A stretch of 32,000 bases of DNA, taken from Candidatus Jordarchaeales archaeon. Its GTDB lineage: Archaea > Asgardarchaeota > Jordiarchaeia > Jordiarchaeales > Freyrarchaeaceae. Shown here in pieces: positions 27,070 to 32,000 of this stretch. The stretch lies in assembly GCA_038889235.1 (NCBI GenBank), contig JAWAHN010000003.1:293703-325702 (forward strand), in the 5' to 3' direction. Numbering within the stretch: position 1 is the stretch's first letter; each line of letters begins with the position of its first letter. The notes beneath the pieces were generated by a model that did not search any database, was not told where the DNA came from, and worked only from the letters and a program-made list of their open reading frames with translations. The translations under genes and the position numbers were made by a program.

Positions 27070-28938
27070 TTATCCTCCACGGCTTACAACTATCTTTTCT
27101 GCTATTGACGCTATGAAGGGGGAAGAGGTTTCCTTCAGCTTACTGACTATGCTTTTCGCCGCCTCGACTCCCTGGCTTGTTCCGCTTAGCATGTAGAACC
27201 TGACGGCCTTCAGGAGCTCGATATCGTGTACGATTGGGGTGTCTCTAAAGAGCTCTGCGGCGGATTCTATGCCGTAAGCCACCTGCATGAGCAAGTTCTG
27301 TTTGACGCGTTCAAACTCCACGAATAGGGCCGTGTTGCCTATGGCGTCAAGCATGTCGACATAGTAGTGGACGAAGTGGTATTCGTTGAAGTTCCAGAAT
27401 TCCTCCATTTCTGGGCTAGCCAGTTCTATCACGAGGTTTGGTACGTCTGAGAGGAAGATGCCCTTTTCGGCTGCTAGTCTCGATAGGACGGAGAGGAGGC
27501 CGGCGAGTGAAACATAGTACATGTCGAGCATCACCCTATGGGTTTTTCCTAACCCTATGAGCCACTCGGTCTTGCTCCTAGCGTAGTCGTAGTACTTATC
27601 AAGCCGTTTATTGACAAACTCGTCTCCTAACTCCAGCAGTAACCTCAATATGAGGTTGAGCGCAAAGTAAATGTTCACGGCCTTGTACCTGTTTGGGTAG
27701 TAGAGTCCCTTGTCGACCAGCTCGTCTCTGTAGGACTCGAACAGCTCTAGGATTTGCTTTAAGAGTTTGACGCCATCGTCTGGTAAAATGCTCTTTTCCA
27801 GTAACCCCCACACTAGAATGAACTGTAGGACATGGAAGTATACGTAGACCTCGGGAGACTTTCTCTTATAGGCTTCGTCGAACTCCCTCTTGAACCTCCC
27901 GTAGAGCGAGAAGACCTCGGAGATGTCCTTCGGTCTTTTGGTTAGTATGTCGAGGAGAAACTTTGTTTCAATGGTTAACCCATAGAGGTAGCTTGACTTC
28001 CCCTTATGCTTTCTTTCGAGGAAGTCTAGGAGCGGGCCGTACGGCAACGGGGTAAGCAAAATGGAGTACACATCAACCTTTTCTCCGCTGAGACCCCTGA
28101 AAAACTCCATCTGCTTTTTAACGAATAACTCTCTCCTCCTATTATAGGCGCCCAGCACGAGGAAGGATTCAAGCTCAGCCTTCAGAAACTCCCTAGCCAC
28201 TTCGTCCTTAATGGATTCTATTACCGTGTTTATTTCGTCAAGCGGTGGCGCCTCAACTTCTGGGTCGAATGAGTTTAAGGTTAGCGCCGCCTTAGCGTAA
28301 AGTATCTTCGCCAGTTCTCCACTCTCTTTGTCGTCGAAAAGTGAGGGGGCTGCCTCGACGACTCTAGAAAAGTCCGCTTTGTAGTATGCATCCACAAGTT
28401 CTTTAAGTGTTACCCTGCCTGTGAAGAGCTTCCTTATCTTGCCCAGAATTCCCGGCTTGTAAATTTTGGGCTTCACCTCGGCGAAGCCTAGTTTCATCCC
28501 TTTCCTGACATCCAGTCCTGCGAGTAGGACCTCGGCAAGCCTCTTCACGGAAAGAATTGACGGAGGAGACCTGAAAACCACCCTTTCCACTTCTCCGATG
28601 ACGCGCTGTTTGAGTTCGTCGTCAAACTGGATGCGTAAAGGATCAACACCAGTCCTGTCCAGCCGAGTAACGGCCTCGTCGCTTATCTCGATAAGCCTGT
28701 CATCCCTCACATCGCTTATCATGACAAGGTTAAACTTCCTACCAAATGCGAAATAGAGATGTAGGTTTTCAAGCTCAACGTGCCTAACTCTCGACTTGAA
28801 AACCTCTTCGACAACTCTTCCTATCGCCACCACTACGCCGGAGAAAAGTACCTGATCAGACTCTAGGAGGACACGAACAAGCTCCTTGGCAACCAGAGGA
28901 GTTCCACCTTCATCTAGCAATAGGTAGCCGAGAATCAT
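27070..28938 (-). CDS. N-terminal longin/roadblock-like domain + long helical solenoid-like region
   Basis: MILGYLLLDEGGTPL...DQVLFSGVVVAIGRVVEEVF...HVELENLHLYF...LVMISD matches the longin-like pattern. ATG at 28938 follows GGAGG. Confidence 0.75.
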   Translation of the reverse strand: MILGYLLLDEGGTPLVAKELVRVLLESDQVLFSGVVVAIGRVVEEVFKSRVRHVELENLHLYFAFGRKFNLVMISDVRDDRLIEISDEAVTRLDRTGVDPLRIQFDDELKQRVIGEVERVVFRSPPSILSVKRLAEVLLAGLDVRKGMKLGFAEVKPKIYKPGILGKIRKLFTGRVTLKELVDAYYKADFSRVVEAAPSLFDDKESGELAKILYAKAALTLNSFDPEVEAPPLDEINTVIESIKDEVAREFLKAELESFLVLGAYNRRRELFVKKQMEFFRGLSGEKVDVYSILLTPLPYGPLLDFLERKHKGKSSYLYGLTIETKFLLDILTKRPKDISEVFSLYGRFKREFDEAYKRKSPEVYVYFHVLQFILVWGLLEKSILPDDGVKLLKQILELFESYRDELVDKGLYYPNRYKAVNIYFALNLILRLLLELGDEFVNKRLDKYYDYARSKTEWLIGLGKTHRVMLDMYYVSLAGLLSVLSRLAAEKGIFLSDVPNLVIELASPEMEEFWNFNEYHFVHYYVDMLDAIGNTALFVEFERVKQNLLMQVAYGIESAAELFRDTPIVHDIELLKAVRFYMLSGTSQGVEAAKSIVSKLKETSSPFIASIAEKIVVSRGG

Positions 28939-29143
28939 CGCGAAAACCTCCGGCGAAAGCAGAAACCACATTAACCACTCTTCTATTTAACTTTTCTCTC
29001 ACACTTTTTGAGAGAGCTGAAACCTAGATTCAGAAAGCTCCCTGAAAGTGACTGGAAACAAGTTTGTGAGCGTTTTCCTATTTAGGGCAGCGGCGCCGAG
29101 CAATGGGGTTTTTCGGTGAAAAGTGTTCGCGGCACTAATGCGC

Positions 29144-30829
29144 TTAGCCTGCCTTCTTCATCTTCTCTATTTCTCTTTCCCTCAGAATTCTTCTTAGGAG
29201 TTTTCCTGCGGGCGTCCTTGGGAGACTGTCCACGAACTCGACTTCCCTTATCCTCTTGTAGCCCGATATTCTTTCCTTCACCCACTCTATGATTTCCTCA
29301 GCACTTACTTTTCCTTTGTATTCCGGTTTTAGGACGATGAAGGCTTTCGGTATCTCTCCCGCCTCAGGGTCAGGCTTGCCTATGACCGCGACGTCGAGAA
29401 CTGCTTCATGCCTCAAGATGAGGGATTCAAGCTCAAAAGGCGCCACGGTGTATCCCTTATACTTTATGACCTCCTTGATCCTGTCCTGGAACACGAAGAA
29501 CCCTTCCTCGTCTATGTAGCCTATGTCCCCCGTTCTAAAGAAGCGCTTCCCTGTTTTCGGGTCAACCCACCACGCCCTAGCATCCTCCTCCGGCCTCTTC
29601 CAGTAGCCCTTAAAAACGTTTGGCCCCGAGATCACGACCTCGCCACTCTTGTTGACGTCCTCTATCTCTTCGCCTGTCTCTATGTCCACTATTTTTAGTT
29701 CTACGTCGGGTAAGGGTATTCCCTGCCTCTCTGTCCTGTCAAGCCTTGCATTTGGATTAGTCGTGCACATGGGGCTTGCCTCGGTCATCCCCCAAACCTG
29801 GTTGTGGAGCAGATTTGGATTGTTGCACTTTTTGGCAGCCACCTCTCTCATCCTGTCTATTAGAGCCCTAGCTATCGGCCACGCTCCAGTAGCGAAACAT
29901 TTCAAGTACCTCCAGTCGTATCTTTTATCAGTGTTTTCAAGGTACATTACGAGCAGCGCGTAGGCTGGCGGAACAGCCCAAGAAATGGTCGCCTGATACT
30001 TCTCTATGTTCTCTGCAAGCTTCTCCAGGTCGAACCTGCCCATTATGACGTAGGTGCCGCCGACGCCAAGCAGAATGTTGAAGAAGCCGAACTCAGCCAT
30101 GTGGAACATGGGCATGCTCCCCACATGGGTATCCATGTGGCTGATCCCAAGCGCTGTAGCCAGCTGAATAGCGTTCACGACAAGGTTATAATGTGTGAGC
30201 ATTGCCCCCTTCGGCGGCCCAGTTGTCCCGCCAGTGTAACATATCGTGGCTACATCTTCCACCGGGTCGATACTAACAGATACGGGTTTTGCCTCCCCGC
30301 CTTCAATAAGCTCCTTGAGCCTGTACGTCCCCTCAACGTTGCCCCCAGTCACGATAACCCTCTCAACCTGCACTCTACTTCTAACATTCTGGAATACCGG
30401 GTAGAGGTCGCTATGAATGACAAGGGTTGAAGCCTCTGCGTCACTCATAACTTGCTCGAGCTCGTACTCCCGATACATAGGGTTGATCGGAACCTGTATC
30501 GCTCCAAGCTTCCAGTTCGCATACGTGACTAAAACGTAGTCGGGGGAGTTTGGAAGCATAACGCCAACCCTACTTCCCTTACGAACCCCAACACGAAGCA
30601 AAGAGTTGGCAAGCCTATTAGTTAGCTCACCCAACATGTTGAACGTCATCACTTCAGGTGAATCAAACGTAAACCTCGGCTCAGCATATATCAAGGCAGT
30701 CTTCTCACCATACTTTCTGACGGCGTTATCCAAGTACTCCCCCAGAGAAATTTTTGGATAATAGAGCGAGGGAAAACCAATTCTATAAGAAAGCTTCCTA
30801 ACATCCACCAAACCAACCACCCAAGCCAC
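29144..30829 (-). CDS. fadD: Long-chain-fatty-acid--CoA ligase / acyl-CoA synthetase (ANL family)
   Basis: YTGGTTGPPKG, WGMTE, FRTGD, DRIKEVIKYKG, APFELE and LPRTPAGKLLRR motifs. The start may be TTG 30811 or GTG 30808. Confidence 0.93.
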   Translation of the reverse strand: MAWVVGLVDVRKLSYRIGFPSLYYPKISLGEYLDNAVRKYGEKTALIYAEPRFTFDSPEVMTFNMLGELTNRLANSLLRVGVRKGSRVGVMLPNSPDYVLVTYANWKLGAIQVPINPMYREYELEQVMSDAEASTLVIHSDLYPVFQNVRSRVQVERVIVTGGNVEGTYRLKELIEGGEAKPVSVSIDPVEDVATICYTGGTTGPPKGAMLTHYNLVVNAIQLATALGISHMDTHVGSMPMFHMAEFGFFNILLGVGGTYVIMGRFDLEKLAENIEKYQATISWAVPPAYALLVMYLENTDKRYDWRYLKCFATGAWPIARALIDRMREVAAKKCNNPNLLHNQVWGMTEASPMCTTNPNARLDRTERQGIPLPDVELKIVDIETGEEIEDVNKSGEVVISGPNVFKGYWKRPEEDARAWWVDPKTGKRFFRTGDIGYIDEEGFFVFQDRIKEVIKYKGYTVAPFELESLILRHEAVLDVAVIGKPDPEAGEIPKAFIVLKPEYKGKVSAEEIIEWVKERISGYKRIREVEFVDSLPRTPAGKLLRRILREREIEKMKKAG

Positions 30830-30840
30830 CGCTACACAAC

Positions 30841-30883
30841 TACTTTAAGCTTTAAAGTATTTAAAAAATATAGATTTTTTAAA
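30841..30883. promoter_or_regulatory. Two adjacent inverted repeats over the fadD promoter region
   Basis: TACTTTAA-gct-TTAAAGTA (30841-30859) and TTTAAAAAAT-atag-ATTTTTTAAA (30860-30883). Confidence 0.4.
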
Positions 30884-32000
30884 CGCAAGGCAATAACGTA
30901 ACCGTATTAAAAACTACACCTTAAAAATCCAAGGGAGCCTTTAACGAAGACGCCTGAGGAAGGATATCATAAAGGAGGACTGCGTGAGTTTTAAGCGGGA
31001 AAAACAACCTAATGTGGAAAATCGGACCCGGTATGTTTCAATAGGTAAATTTCTCCCTTCTAACACATTTAGAAATTTTCCTTGTCCATGGATGCTGGGA
31101 TCGCGCCGGCCGTCTAACTCCACTTTAAAATGCAACGCGTCTATGGCTATGCCTTATAGGGCACGGAGACGGTGTGCTGACGCAAAAATTCCTGTTGCAG
31201 TCAACCAGCATCTCTGGGTGAATAACTAGGTCAGGAAGTTCTCGCCTCACCAGCCACATCGACCCTGACCCTCCTTGCCAGGGTTCCGCAAACTCCCCAG
31301 CAAACGACGCTAGGCTCAAGAAGGATAAATCGACATTTGGCGTCTGAAAGCCTCTAAAAGAAGCGCCGGGAGATAAGTTTACAGCGTATCCTTCAACTTT
31401 GACAGAACCTAAGCATTAATTGCCAAGATGCAATTTTCCAAAGGAAAAATATTCTCGCTTTCTTTAAGGTCGTAGGGACAACGAACCCACAACAAGTGCT
31501 CATCCAGCAAAAGTTAAGGCATCCAGACTGACAATTACCACCGCACCTCCAAACACCCATCAAACTACTAGAAGGTTACACGTGCAACAATAATGCTGGT
31601 GCCTTCCAAAACATCATACACGGAAACAAGAAGCCAACAAAACGCATGACACCGATTTTTCGAGAACTTCCTTCAAACCCGGAGTAATAACAACCACAAG
31701 TCTAACGAGCAATACTTTCAGACTCATTGAATCTAGAACTAGCTCTTTTCAACGTGAAATACATCCAGAAATCTTTGGCAATAGTCCGGCAAGCGATCCG
31801 CAAACCAGTCCAGAAGTGCTTTTACTTGAATGGTTGATGCGCGCTTCTCATGGAAACCTCTTATAGGAGGCTGGATCGGCCCTTTGGAGGGCGCCCATTA
31901 CGGTCTCCTTTCAAGCCTGGCGAAGCCGTGTGCTGAAAACAGGCTTACGCGAAAACAGTTAATTTATATTTTCACCTACTCATATTAAATTACATGAAGG

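Noticed and set aside
68-31319. Many antisense or alternate-frame ORFs in the track (e.g. 6423-6914, 11459-12193, 17339-17902, 25209-25667)
   Set aside because: They shadow well-supported genes on the other strand or frame and lack family motifs.
30941-32000. Short ORFs and a possible RelE-like or transposase remnant at the right end
   Set aside because: The fragments are short and frame-broken, and no diagnostic motif could be supported.
1-32000. tRNA, rRNA, CRISPR array, integrase or IS element
   Set aside because: No cloverleaf, rRNA signature, regularly spaced repeats or transposase/integrase motifs were found by eye.

Overview
Archaeal DNA: archaeal-type SAM synthetase, GGAGG/GGTG Shine-Dalgarno sites, frequent TTG/GTG starts and TATA-like promoters. 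A longin-like protein suggests a thermophilic Asgard or related lineage (inference). The left 18 kb is mostly metabolic: mat, a PhnP-like MBL hydrolase, a GT4 glycosyltransferase, a PHI-like SIS protein, an NDP-sugar pyrophosphorylase/phosphomannomutase fusion, an AbfD-like enzyme, a VAO/PCMH-type flavoprotein, a SpoIIM-domain membrane protein, NfeD, a GGCT and a HAD hydrolase. An AT-rich accessory island (~19.3-25.2 kb) carries a NurA-like nuclease, decayed DNA and a two-gene operon ending in a PD-(D/E)xK-like domain. It is followed by an AbrB-VapC toxin-antitoxin pair, a longin-protein/rubrerythrin operon and an acyl-CoA ligase. The standout observation is that the FAD-oxidoreductase gene, split into two ORFs in the track (10694-11197 and 11270-12304), is interrupted by a 27-nt in-frame segment containing a stop codon. 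This segment folds into a canonical bulge-helix-bulge motif. Cutting at the canonical sites (intron 11187-11213) restores a continuous 492-aa protein, so it is a predicted endonuclease-spliced mRNA intron in a non-cbf5 protein-coding gene. All analysis was by eye; no searches or folding programs were run.
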